Part shown: positions 27,036 through 36,166 of the stretch, piece by piece | Layout: every line of letters starts with the position of its first letter | Numbering within the stretch: the stretch's first letter is position 1 | From: a virus | IMG/VR virus record: IMGVR_UViG_3300044641_002725 | Length of the DNA stretch: 64,000 nucleotides | Reading direction: 5' to 3' (one strand) | Program-made: the position numbers and the translations under genes | Notes under the pieces: model-generated | The model's input: only the letters and a program-made list of their open reading frames with translations | The model's database searches: none | Told to the model about the DNA's origin: nothing

Positions 27036-29240
27036 ATGCTTAAAACACAAATTTCAAAATCCACTCTAGCAAAGTTACTTGCTACAGAGAATATTTCGGT
27101 AGAGTATCGCAAGGTGCAAACTGCATCATTCGATATCGTGAATCGCCGTCTTACTCTTCCCATTATGAATGACACTACACCTGAAATGACAGACCTTTTG
27201 GTTGGTCATGAAGTTGGTCACGCATTAGACACACCACAATCATACGTTGAATCAGCTAAAGCTGGCGGTTCTGCATTTTCTACATTCTTGAATGTTGTTG
27301 AGGATGCAAGGGTTGAACGTAGAATGAAGGATCGTTATCCTGGTTTACGTAAGCCTATGGCTATTGCATATCGTCAATTTACTGAACGTGATTTCTTTGG
27401 CATCAAAGGTCAAGATGTAAATGAACTTATGTTGATTGATAGAATCAATTTGCATTTTAAACTTGGTGCAATTGCAGGCATTAAATTCAATGCCGAAGAA
27501 ATGATGTACGTTAACGAAGTTGAAACGGCAGATTCGTTTGAGCAAGTGAAAGATATCACCGAACGTTTGTATGATTTTTGCAAAGCAGAGTTAGACCAAA
27601 AACGTCAAGAGGCTAAAGAAGAATTCGAAAGACGCAAAGAGAATGGCGAATTCGATGGCGAAGATTATGATTATGATAATGACGATATTTTCGGTGATGA
27701 TAACGAAGACTATGATGACGGAGATTCGAATAGTTCTGGCTCTGGTTCTGATAATGATGAAGATGACGATTATGAATCAGAAGAACGTTTTGACAATGGC
27801 TATTCTAATGAGCCGACATTCGAACAGGCAATGCCTAATGAGTTGAAGGTGTATGGCGATGAAGTTAAATCTGTAACGGATGAAAAATTTCAACAAGCAT
27901 TGAAAGGTCTTGCAGAAACAAAAGAAATTAATGTTGGTAAGATCGTAAGTCAAAAGAAAATCAATTTAAAGAATTATATTGTTCCTTTCAAAGAGTTACA
28001 ATTCTTTGATGAATCAATCTATGATAATGAAGAATTGAAAGGTCAAGACCGTTATGATACTAGTCTGCTGATGAAATTCGAAGCCAAGAATAAGAATCCA
28101 ATTGCTTATCTTGTAAAAGAATTTGAAATGAAAAAGAAAGCGGCTGAGTTGCGCCGTGTAACAGTCTCCGATACTGGTACACTTGACACTAACAAATTGC
28201 ATACTTACAAATTCAATGACGATATCTTCCGTAAGATTGGCTCTGTTGCACAAGGTAAGAATCACGGCATTGTAATGTTCATTGACTGGTCTGGTTCAAT
28301 GACAGACAATATGGCTGGTACAATCGAACAATTGATTACAATGGCAACGTTCTGCCGCAAAGTGAATATTCCGTTTGATGTTTATGCTTTCACTACTGAG
28401 TATCACAAGTGTTTGACAAACCGGCAAGAGCGTTTCGATATAGATACCGAAGCCAATCAATTAGACATTGACCATCTTTCTTTGATGAATATTTTGTCTA
28501 GCAGTATGAAAAACCAAACGTATCGCAAATTTGCAAATGATTTGTTGAATGTTGCTGAAGCATATCAACCTTACTTGCACTATCGTAGAAATTATAAAGC
28601 AAACTATATCAAAGAGGGCATGGGTCTCGGTGGTACTCCGTTGAATGCAACAATTCAAGTGGCATCTAATGTTGTCAACGATTTTCGTAAACGCACTCGG
28701 TCTGAAATTGTGAATGTTATCTTTTTGACTGATGGCGAAGACAGTAGCACATTGTGGACTTCATCTGGTGAAGCATATCGTGGCACTCGCATCGGACCTT
28801 CTGACTTCCGTTCAGTATCTTATATTGAAGACAAAGATTCCGCAAAGAATTATCGTGTAAGTGACAAAGGTGTAACACCAACGTTATTGCAAATTCTAAA
28901 AGATCGTACTGGTTGTAATTTGATTGGATTCTACATCCTGCCAAAAAGCAAACGTTACTTCCAAAATGCAATGACACGTTTCAATATGATAATGACGGAT
29001 GATGGATACAAACAATTCCGCAATGAAAAGTTTTTCTCTATCAACGGATATGGATACTCTGAGTACTTCTTAATTCCTGGTGGCAATGATTTGTCTACCG
29101 ATGATGATTCGCTATCAGACATTCTTGGCGAAAGCAAAGATGTTTCTGCACGTAAGTTGAAAGGTGCATTCTTAAAGATGAACCAGAATCGTTTGACTAA
29201 CCGTGTTTTACTTTCTAGAGTAATCAAGGAAATTGCTTGA
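27036..29240 (+). CDS. CobT-like protein: N-terminal HExxH metallopeptidase-like domain, acidic linker, VWA domain
   Basis: GHEVGHAL..NVVEDARVE; IDWSGSM MIDAS, GGTPL, FLTDGE. Confidence 0.85.
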   Translation: MLKTQISKSTLAKLLATENISVEYRKVQTASFDIVNRRLTLPIMNDTTPEMTDLLVGHEVGHALDTPQSYVESAKAGGSAFSTFLNVVEDARVERRMKDRYPGLRKPMAIAYRQFTERDFFGIKGQDVNELMLIDRINLHFKLGAIAGIKFNAEEMMYVNEVETADSFEQVKDITERLYDFCKAELDQKRQEAKEEFERRKENGEFDGEDYDYDNDDIFGDDNEDYDDGDSNSSGSGSDNDEDDDYESEERFDNGYSNEPTFEQAMPNELKVYGDEVKSVTDEKFQQALKGLAETKEINVGKIVSQKKINLKNYIVPFKELQFFDESIYDNEELKGQDRYDTSLLMKFEAKNKNPIAYLVKEFEMKKKAAELRRVTVSDTGTLDTNKLHTYKFNDDIFRKIGSVAQGKNHGIVMFIDWSGSMTDNMAGTIEQLITMATFCRKVNIPFDVYAFTTEYHKCLTNRQERFDIDTEANQLDIDHLSLMNILSSSMKNQTYRKFANDLLNVAEAYQPYLHYRRNYKANYIKEGMGLGGTPLNATIQVASNVVNDFRKRTRSEIVNVIFLTDGEDSSTLWTSSGEAYRGTRIGPSDFRSVSYIEDKDSAKNYRVSDKGVTPTLLQILKDRTGCNLIGFYILPKSKRYFQNAMTRFNMIMTDDGYKQFRNEKFFSINGYGYSEYFLIPGGNDLSTDDDSLSDILGESKDVSARKLKGAFLKMNQNRLTNRVLLSRVIKEIA

Positions 29241-29273
29241 TGTTGCGTAAAAACAACAGTCCAAAACAATCAC

Positions 29274-29302
29274 TTGACTCGCCATAAATACTCTGTTAAA
29301 CT
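29274..29302 (+). promoter_or_regulatory. Sigma70-type early promoter
   Basis: TTGACT-17 nt-TAAACT with extended -10 TG. Confidence 0.7.
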
Positions 29303-29345
29303 ACTAGTATTGAAATTGATTTTTACTTGAAAGAACCTTTATATT

Positions 29346-30524
29346 ATGACTACCAAAGCTGAAAAGATTTTATTTGTCACCGAAGCCGCAAAACGTTTTG
29401 GTGAAGTTGTGACCCACGATCAACTGGTAACTCTATCAGAAGAAACTGGAATGAAACGTCAAGTGTGGCTAGAGGGCAAACAATACCGAGTTGCACGTGG
29501 CAAGTACCAATTGCCTCTTCAAGAATTCAACATTAACATGGCTGGTCTCGCATTAGTCAAATCTAAACCTATGACAATTAGTGAACCGACTGTAACGCCT
29601 GTTACAAAAGCAATTGCAAAAATGTCATCCGTTGCACGTATGCAAGAGGGTGCAATTATTCCTAAAGTGAATTCTTTGTACGTGCCTTTCGGTTTCTTTG
29701 ATAACATGAAACGCATTGTTGCATCAAAGAAATTTTATCCAGTATTCGTTTCTGGTCTCTCTGGTAACGGCAAGACTTTCATGGTTGAGCAAGCCTGTGC
29801 CCAATTGAAGACAGAATGCCTCCGTGTAAACATTTCACCAGAGACTGATGAAGATGATTTGATTGGTGGTTTCCGTTTGATTGACGGAGAAACAAAATGG
29901 TTTGACGGTCCAGTTGTTCAAGCAATGAAGTCTGGTGCTGTTTTGATTCTTGATGAAATTGATCGTGGTTCAAATAAACTAATGTGTCTGCAAGGTGTAC
30001 TTGAAGGCAAAGGTTTGTTCGTTAAGAAGACTGGTGAATTCGTTGAGCCAGTTACGGGTTTCAACGTTATCGCTACCGCAAACACTAAAGGTAAGGGTGA
30101 TGAATCTGGTCGCTACATGGCAGCCACAATTCTTGATGATGCGTTTCTCGAACGTTTCCCAATTACAGTTGAGCAAGAATATCCTGATGTTAAAATCGAA
30201 ACCAAGATTTTGACTAAGTTGTTTGCAAGTCTTGACATTGATGACAAAGCATTTGCAGAAAATCTTGTGAAGTGGGCTGATATCATTCGTAAGACTTTCG
30301 AAGAAGGTGCTATCGATGAATTGATTTCCACTCGCCGTCTGTCTCACATTGCCGAAGCATACACCATCTTCAACGATAAGATGGAAGCAATCAAGTACTG
30401 TATCAACCGTTTCGATGGTGAAACAAAGACTGCATTCCTTGACCTCTACAGCAAGATTGATGCTGGTATCGATCCGACTGCCGAAGTGAAGTCCGAAACA
30501 AATACGGATGAAGTTCCGTTCTAA
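29346..30524 (+). CDS. cobS: CobS-like MoxR-family AAA+ ATPase
   Basis: GLSGNGKT, DEDDLIGG, LILDEID, ATANTKGKG, AFLERF, ISTRRL. Confidence 0.9.
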   Translation: MTTKAEKILFVTEAAKRFGEVVTHDQLVTLSEETGMKRQVWLEGKQYRVARGKYQLPLQEFNINMAGLALVKSKPMTISEPTVTPVTKAIAKMSSVARMQEGAIIPKVNSLYVPFGFFDNMKRIVASKKFYPVFVSGLSGNGKTFMVEQACAQLKTECLRVNISPETDEDDLIGGFRLIDGETKWFDGPVVQAMKSGAVLILDEIDRGSNKLMCLQGVLEGKGLFVKKTGEFVEPVTGFNVIATANTKGKGDESGRYMAATILDDAFLERFPITVEQEYPDVKIETKILTKLFASLDIDDKAFAENLVKWADIIRKTFEEGAIDELISTRRLSHIAEAYTIFNDKMEAIKYCINRFDGETKTAFLDLYSKIDAGIDPTAEVKSETNTDEVPF

Positions 30525-30555
30525 ATCTCCTTGGCATAATTGAAAATATGCCTTT

Positions 30556-30584
30556 AGAGGCCACTTGACGTGGCCTCTTTTTTT
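30556..30584 (+). terminator. Rho-independent terminator overlapping the next promoter
   Basis: AGAGGCCAC-TTGAC-GTGGCCTCT + T-tract. Confidence 0.85.
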
Positions 30585-30593
30585 ATATATAAT
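30565..30593 (+). promoter_or_regulatory. Sigma70-type promoter
   Basis: TTGACG-17 nt-TATAAT. Confidence 0.75.
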
Positions 30594-30625
30594 AGTGTAA
30601 GATAATTTAACAACATGGAGAAAAT

Positions 30626-31477
30626 ATGCAATTTGAAATTGATATTGAAAAACTAAGAACCAAAAAACTGTTTATTGCAACACCGATGTATGGCGGACAA
30701 TGCCACGGGTCTTATACTAAAGCAGTTTCTGACTTAATGGTATTATGTACCAAATATGGAATTGAAGCGAGACTATTCTTTATCTTCAATGAATCACTAG
30801 TGCAACGTGCTAGAAATTACTTGACAGATGAATTTGTTCGAAGTGAAATGGATTACATGCTATTCATTGATAGCGATATTCATTTTGAAGCACAAGACAT
30901 TTTCGTTATGATGCACCATGCAATCACTAGGGATGACATGGATGTTATTTGTGGTCCATATCCAAAAAAAGCAATTTCTTGGGAGAAAATCAAATCAGCA
31001 GTTGACAAAGGTTTCGCAGACCAAAATCCAAATCAATTGGAAGAGTTTGTTGGCGACTACGTTTTCAATCCAGCGGAAGACACTCAAACTTTTCGACTTG
31101 ACGAGCCAGTTCAAGTGAAAGAAAGTGGCACTGGATTTATGCTCATTAAGAGAACTGCATTGGAGAAATTCGACAAAGCATTCCCAATGCAAAGCTATAA
31201 GCCGGACCATGCACGTACAGTAAACTTTGATGGTAGCAGAGAAATCATGGCTTACTTTGATTGCGTTATTTGCCCAGATACAAAACGTTATCTCTCTGAA
31301 GACTATATGTTCTGCCAGTGGATGCGTAAAGCTGGTGGAAAAATTTGGTTGCTTCCATGGTTACGTTTGAAACATGCTGGCACTTATATCTTTGGTGGTT
31401 CGTTAGCCGCATTAGCCGCTATCAATGCGTCACCAACGGCAGGTGAAAATGTTTCAAAAAGAGGAAACGGTGTGTAA
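30626..31477 (+). CDS. GT-A fold (GT2-like) glycosyltransferase-like protein
   Basis: IATPMYGG, ESLVQRARN, LFIDSDI, GTGFMLIKR, LSEDYMFC. Confidence 0.75.
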   Translation: MQFEIDIEKLRTKKLFIATPMYGGQCHGSYTKAVSDLMVLCTKYGIEARLFFIFNESLVQRARNYLTDEFVRSEMDYMLFIDSDIHFEAQDIFVMMHHAITRDDMDVICGPYPKKAISWEKIKSAVDKGFADQNPNQLEEFVGDYVFNPAEDTQTFRLDEPVQVKESGTGFMLIKRTALEKFDKAFPMQSYKPDHARTVNFDGSREIMAYFDCVICPDTKRYLSEDYMFCQWMRKAGGKIWLLPWLRLKHAGTYIFGGSLAALAAINASPTAGENVSKRGNGV

Positions 31478-31785
31478 TGATAGATTATCGTTATAATGAA
31501 GATAAGACTTTGAAAGAATTGAAGTCTTATATTGATACAACATACAATCAACATTACTCCCGTGACAAATTTCAAGCAACAGAATTCATCATCGATGGTG
31601 GACATGGTGAAGGATTCTGTATTGGAAACGTGCTGAAATATGCACAAAGGTATGGCAAGAAAGATGGAAGAAATCGTAAAGACTTGCTAAAAATTATACA
31701 CTATGCTATAATCATGTTACACGTACATGACTTAAATGAAGGAAATGAAAATGAAATTAAGCGAATCAACAATCAATGTTCTTAA
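31477..31785 (+). CDS. DUF3310/SaV-like small protein (nucleotide-kinase-like family)
   Basis: HY..EGFCIGNVLKYAQRYGKK..DLLKIIHY. Confidence 0.75.
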   Translation: MIDYRYNEDKTLKELKSYIDTTYNQHYSRDKFQATEFIIDGGHGEGFCIGNVLKYAQRYGKKDGRNRKDLLKIIHYAIIMLHVHDLNEGNENEIKRINNQCS

Positions 31786-32422
31786 AAACTTTGCTACCAT
31801 CAATGCTGGTATGCAATTCAAAGAAGGCTCCGTAGTACGAACTATCTCTAAAGGACAGAACGTGCTCGGTAAAGCTACAGTAACAGAAAACTTTGAAAAA
31901 GATTTTGTTATCTATGATCTGAATAGGTTTCTTTCTCTTTGCAGTTCTTTAACTGATCCTGAGATTGTTATCAATACTGATGCAAACAATCTTACAGTTA
32001 AATCTGGCACATCTAAAACTACATACGGACTTGCAGATGAGTCTATGATTGTAGCACCGCCTGCAAAAGAGTTAAAGATCGAAAACTCCGAAGTGAATTT
32101 TAGACTGACAAAAGACGATATGAATCAAGTATTGAAATTGTCTGGCATCTTGGGTCTCCCAAACATTGCAGTTGTTGGTGATGGCGCAAGCATTTCTATT
32201 TCTGCACTAGATGTTAAGAATAATGAGTCCGATAACTTCTCAATCAAAGTTGGTGAAACTACATCTACTTTCAAAATGATTTTCAATACAGAAAATCTGA
32301 AGATGGTTCCTGGCAATTATGATGTTGCAATTTCATCTAAAGGTATTTCACATTTCAAACATGTGACTGACCAAATTGAATATTGGATTGCTACTGAAGC
32401 TGGCTCTAAGTACGAAGGATAA
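31751..32422 (+). CDS. gp45: Sliding clamp
   Basis: MKLSESTINVLKNFATIN, IYDLNRFL, ENLKMVPGNYDV, YWIATE. Confidence 0.96.
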   Translation: MKLSESTINVLKNFATINAGMQFKEGSVVRTISKGQNVLGKATVTENFEKDFVIYDLNRFLSLCSSLTDPEIVINTDANNLTVKSGTSKTTYGLADESMIVAPPAKELKIENSEVNFRLTKDDMNQVLKLSGILGLPNIAVVGDGASISISALDVKNNESDNFSIKVGETTSTFKMIFNTENLKMVPGNYDVAISSKGISHFKHVTDQIEYWIATEAGSKYEG

Positions 32423-32426
32423 TATT

Positions 32427-32627
32427 ATGAAACAAAAAGGCTCATACAACGTAAGTCATCCCGATGGATTACTTTCTACAATCAATGTGCGGTTGCCCGA
32501 AACTGTGAATGAAGAAATTAAGAAAGTGTGTATAAAACATGATATTTCAGTATCTGCTTTTGGTAGAAAAGCATTTATTGCATATTTGAAATTTATTAAA
32601 GAAAAGGAATCAATCTATGAGCAGTAA
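32427..32627 (+). CDS. Small ribbon-helix-helix-like DNA-binding protein
   Basis: TINVRLPETVNEEIKKVC..ISVSAFGRKA pattern. Confidence 0.5.
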   Translation: MKQKGSYNVSHPDGLLSTINVRLPETVNEEIKKVCIKHDISVSAFGRKAFIAYLKFIKEKESIYEQ

Positions 32628-32880
32628 TGTGATTGTTCCATCTTCTCCAGAAGATCGTAAAAAGATTCTGGATGCACTTGTCGAAATTTCAAATTCACTC
32701 ACTCGCATTGAAGCAGAACGTGATTTGATTAAAGACATTCTTGTTTCAGTTGAAGATAAATTTGAGTTGCCTAAAAAGTACACTCGCAAACTTGCAAAGA
32801 TTTATCACAAACAAAACTTCACCGAAGTTCAACAAGAACAAGATGATGTTGAATCCCTTTATGAGAGTGTGGCTAAGTAA
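32617..32880 (+). CDS. DsbA-like dsDNA-binding/transcription regulator
   Basis: RIEAERDLIKDI..FELPKKYTRKLAKIYHKQNF. Confidence 0.7.
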   Translation: MSSNVIVPSSPEDRKKILDALVEISNSLTRIEAERDLIKDILVSVEDKFELPKKYTRKLAKIYHKQNFTEVQQEQDDVESLYESVAK

Positions 32881-32887
32881 CACTCGC

Positions 32888-32916
32888 TTGCATTCTAACA
32901 TGCAATGTGTTAGAAT
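32888..32916 (+). promoter_or_regulatory. Sigma70-type promoter containing an inverted repeat
   Basis: TTGCAT-17 nt-TAGAAT; ATTCTAACA...TGTTAGAAT. Confidence 0.7.
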
Positions 32917-32945
32917 ATATTTTTATGTTATGATAAGGTGAACAC

Positions 32946-33884
32946 ATGCTACAAGATTTCTTGTGGGTCGAAAAGTATCGACCAAAAACTGTTGAAGACA
33001 CAATTCTTCCAGCAGACTTAAAGGCTACGTTCCAACAATTCGTTGACCAAAAGAACGTTCCCAATCTAATTCTTACGGGTGGTCCTGGCGTTGGTAAAAC
33101 TACTATCGCCAAGGCTATGCTCGAAGAACTTGGATGTAATTATATTGTTATTAATGGTTCGATGAACGGCAACATCGATACCTTGCGAAATGAAATTAAA
33201 AACTTTGCCTCAACTGTATCATTCTCTGGTGGTCGCAAATATGTTATTCTTGACGAGGCTGATTATCTCAATCCGCAATCTACTCAACCCGCACTCAGGA
33301 ACTTCATGGAAGAGTTTTCTGCTAACTGTGGTTTTATCCTTACTTGCAACTTTCTTAATCGTATCATCGCCCCTCTTCACAGCAGGTGCTCCGTTGTACA
33401 ATTTAAGATAAACGCCGCAGACAAGCCAAAACTTGCTGGTCGTTTTATGAAACGTATGACTGGCATTCTACAAAAAGAAAATGTAGAATTTGAAGAGAAG
33501 GTTGTTGCTGAACTTATTATGAAACACTTTCCTGATTGGAGACGTGTTCTTAATGAACTGCAACGTTACTCTGCTACAGGTAAGATTGACACTGGAATTC
33601 TTGCAAATATCTCAAGTGACAATTTCAAGTCATTAGTTGATAGATTGAAAGCAAAAGACTTCACGGGTATGCGTAAGTGGGTTGCAGAGAATCTAGACAA
33701 TGAACCATCAGTATTGTTCAAACGAATCTTTGACAATAGCAATGAATGCTTGAAGGCTGATTCTGTTCCACGTATGGTTCTATTGCTTGCTGACTATCAA
33801 TACAAGTCTGCGTTTGTCGTTGACCAAGAAATTAACTTTGTCGCTTTCTTAACTGAAGTGATGGTTGACTGTGAGTTTAAATGA
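32946..33884 (+). CDS. gp44: Clamp loader large subunit
   Basis: LWVEKYRP, GGPGVGKTT, ILDEAD, PLHSRC. Confidence 0.97.
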   Translation: MLQDFLWVEKYRPKTVEDTILPADLKATFQQFVDQKNVPNLILTGGPGVGKTTIAKAMLEELGCNYIVINGSMNGNIDTLRNEIKNFASTVSFSGGRKYVILDEADYLNPQSTQPALRNFMEEFSANCGFILTCNFLNRIIAPLHSRCSVVQFKINAADKPKLAGRFMKRMTGILQKENVEFEEKVVAELIMKHFPDWRRVLNELQRYSATGKIDTGILANISSDNFKSLVDRLKAKDFTGMRKWVAENLDNEPSVLFKRIFDNSNECLKADSVPRMVLLLADYQYKSAFVVDQEINFVAFLTEVMVDCEFK

Positions 33885-34354
33885 TGAAAACAGTATTGAC
33901 AAGAGAACAGAAAATTGAAATTTTAGGTAAGATTGGTGAGAAATATGTTGGCAACTATCTCGCTAAAAATCGAAAAGTCGAATTCTCATTAGACAACTTT
34001 GATTCTGAAAAAGATTTGATTGCTGATGGCAAGACTGTTGAAGTCAAAGTTGGCACACCATTCATTACTGAAGGTGCAATTGCATTCAAGAAAAGTCAGT
34101 TGACAAAATGTAGAAGTGTCGATGAATTTTATTTTGTTACTATTCCTGCACCCAAATATGAGTATAGATGGAGTGGTTGGCTGTTTCGTATCGAAAACAA
34201 TTTCAAATGTAAAGTTAGAAACATCACACGATCAAATGGATGGATTGATGAAATGGTATTAGTGCCCATTGAACAAGACGCAGTAATTCCAATGTTTAAA
34301 GTAGAAGATTCTGTCATTAACGAAATGATGAAATACACTACATCAAAGTACTAA
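33881..34354 (+). CDS. Putative PD-(D/E)XK nuclease
   Basis: GKIGEKYV helix, KDLIADGKTVEVK. Confidence 0.55.
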   Translation: MMKTVLTREQKIEILGKIGEKYVGNYLAKNRKVEFSLDNFDSEKDLIADGKTVEVKVGTPFITEGAIAFKKSQLTKCRSVDEFYFVTIPAPKYEYRWSGWLFRIENNFKCKVRNITRSNGWIDEMVLVPIEQDAVIPMFKVEDSVINEMMKYTTSKY

Positions 34355-34355
34355 T

Positions 34356-34775
34356 ATGACACCATTTGAATATCTAAATGCTATCAATCAATCAAAAGAA
34401 AACTTGATGATTGGCACTGACAATGATGAATTAGCAGAAAAATCGTACAATGCGTACATCGTTAATAAAGGACTTTCTTACTTCTCAGACACCGTACTCT
34501 ATGCAAACGAGATGAATGGTCGCCATTTACTCGAAAATAAACCTCAATTTTTGTATTTGCTAAATACCATTAGACCACGAAAACGCTTCAGTAAGTGGTT
34601 TAAGAATGAAATAGTTGAGGACATTAATGTGATTTCAGAATTTTTTGGCTATAGTTATGCTAAAGCTAGACAAGTGCAGAATCTCATAACCTCTGACCAG
34701 CTTAAAATCATGCGAGAAAAATTAGAAAAAGGTGGCTTGAAGTCTAAGGAGAAAAAGAATGGCGGTGAACATTGA
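34356..34775 (+). CDS. gp62: Clamp loader small subunit
   Basis: PFEYLNAIN, NKGLSYFSDTVLYANEMN, RPRKRFSKW. Confidence 0.95.
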   Translation: MTPFEYLNAINQSKENLMIGTDNDELAEKSYNAYIVNKGLSYFSDTVLYANEMNGRHLLENKPQFLYLLNTIRPRKRFSKWFKNEIVEDINVISEFFGYSYAKARQVQNLITSDQLKIMREKLEKGGLKSKEKKNGGEH

Positions 34776-35193
34776 AGACTTACTTGAAGTAAGATTGAAA
34801 CAAGAAGACGATTTTTTGAAAGTAAAAGAGACACTAACCCGTATTGGCGTTGCATCACGTAAAGATAAAACCCTATACCAATCATGTCATATTCTACATA
34901 AAAAAGGTAAATATTATATTGTACATTTTAAGGAGTTATTTGCATTAGATGGCAAACCAACTGACTTTGAAGAGAACGATTTAGCGAGAAGAAACACAAT
35001 TGCAAAGCTATTGGCCGAATGGGGATTAATTGAAATTGTCCCTAAAGCAACAAATGTTGAAGAACCTGTAGCACCATTGTCTCAAATCAAAATCATATCT
35101 TATAAAGAAAAAAATGAATGGCTCTTAACTGCCAAATATAATATTGGAACTAAAAAGAGAGAAGATGATTACCGGTCAACGTCAAGCACTTGA
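34759..35193 (+). CDS. regA: Translational repressor RegA
   Basis: DDFLKVKETLTRIGVAS, LYQSCHILHK, YYIVHFKELFALDG. Confidence 0.97.
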   Translation: MAVNIEDLLEVRLKQEDDFLKVKETLTRIGVASRKDKTLYQSCHILHKKGKYYIVHFKELFALDGKPTDFEENDLARRNTIAKLLAEWGLIEIVPKATNVEEPVAPLSQIKIISYKEKNEWLLTAKYNIGTKKREDDYRSTSST

Positions 35194-35218
35194 CAAACGT
35201 TATATATTATGAGATAAT
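35190..35218 (+). promoter_or_regulatory. Sigma70-type promoter
   Basis: TTGACA-17 nt-GATAAT; -10 lies in inverted repeat TGAGATAA-TG-TTATCTCA. Confidence 0.65.
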
Positions 35219-35247
35219 GTTATCTCAAGACAAATTTAGGAAACTAT

Positions 35248-35499
35248 ATGAAATCTATTAAAGTATTGACAGCAGTAGCATTGACTACTCTCTCCCTAGT
35301 TGCCGTTGCGGCAGACAAACCAGCAGAAAAGAAACCTGCTGAAAAACCTGCAACAACAGCACCAGCACCTGCCCCTACAGCAGACTCTAAAGAGAAACCA
35401 CGTCCCAAAGTGATTACTCCAAAAGAGAAAGCCGAAAGAGCAGAGGCTAAAAAAGCAGAAGCTAAACCAGCTGAAGCTAAATCAGACGCTAAGAAATAA
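35248..35499 (+). CDS. Small exported Lys/Ala/Pro-rich protein
   Basis: Sec-type signal peptide ending VAVAA|D; low-complexity mature part. Confidence 0.7.
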   Translation: MKSIKVLTAVALTTLSLVAVAADKPAEKKPAEKPATTAPAPAPTADSKEKPRPKVITPKEKAERAEAKKAEAKPAEAKSDAKK

Positions 35500-35541
35500 T
35501 TCTTAGTAAATTTTTTATCATTAATTGATGAGGTATATAAA

Positions 35542-35769
35542 ATGGCATTTGTAAATTCTAGCAAAACACAGACAGAACTCTTGGTATCGTACTTGCGTGG
35601 TACTGGTCGTGGAATCTCTGCACCACAAGCACGGTCTTTGTTTGGCGTTAAAAACCTTCGTGCCCGTATGAGCGACTTGCGCCAGTGCGGATATAAAGTT
35701 CGTACAGCAATGAACACAGAAGGTAATACAACATATTTTGTTTCACGCAGAATGGTTGGACAGGCTTAA
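35542..35769 (+). CDS. Winged helix-turn-helix protein
   Basis: ISAPQARSLFGVKNLRARMSDLRQCGYKV. Confidence 0.7.
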   Translation: MAFVNSSKTQTELLVSYLRGTGRGISAPQARSLFGVKNLRARMSDLRQCGYKVRTAMNTEGNTTYFVSRRMVGQA

Positions 35770-35774
35770 TCTGT

Positions 35775-35782
35775 TATAAATA
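35775..35782 (+). promoter_or_regulatory. Late promoter TATAAATA
   Basis: Exact motif ahead of a long structured leader. Confidence 0.8.
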
Positions 35783-35915
35783 AACGTATCTCAGGGATGG
35801 GAACGTTAATAATGGCTCTTCTACCTTAGGAGCGTCTAACGCTGGTACAACGTTATGGTACCCCTGTATTCAGTAAGCAGGATTAATGATACGCCTTCGG
35901 GGTATCGAATTTTTT
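35783..35915 (+). ncRNA. Candidate structured RNA / 5' leader
   Basis: GC-richer non-coding stretch with about five consecutive hairpins ending in a cUUCGg hairpin. Confidence 0.45.
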
Positions 35916-35938
35916 AAACTCGCTTAATAGGAGAAACT

Positions 35939-36166
35939 ATGTTACATAACATTAATAGTGCTATCGATGCTTTTCAAAGCACAAAAACGCAATTCGTCAA
36001 AACATTCGTCAAGAATGAAGAACTTGCAAAACCCCTCAATACTTTCATTGAAGCGCAAACACTTTACGCAAAAGCTGTTGCAGTAGAAGTCAATAAGTTT
36101 TTTACAACTCTTGGCATGTCTGCATACACTTTTGACGCTAAAAAAGCGTTTTCAAAAAATAAGTAA
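35939..36166 (+). CDS. Small amphipathic helical protein (phasin-like?)
   Basis: SD TAGGAG; IDAFQSTKTQFVKTFV..FIEAQT pattern. Confidence 0.55.
   Translation: MLHNINSAIDAFQSTKTQFVKTFVKNEELAKPLNTFIEAQTLYAKAVAVEVNKFFTTLGMSAYTFDAKKAFSKNK

Noticed and set aside
27036-30524. Cobalamin biosynthesis auxiliary genes
   Set aside because: Only generic MoxR AAA and VWA motifs are present; no cobN or other cob genes.
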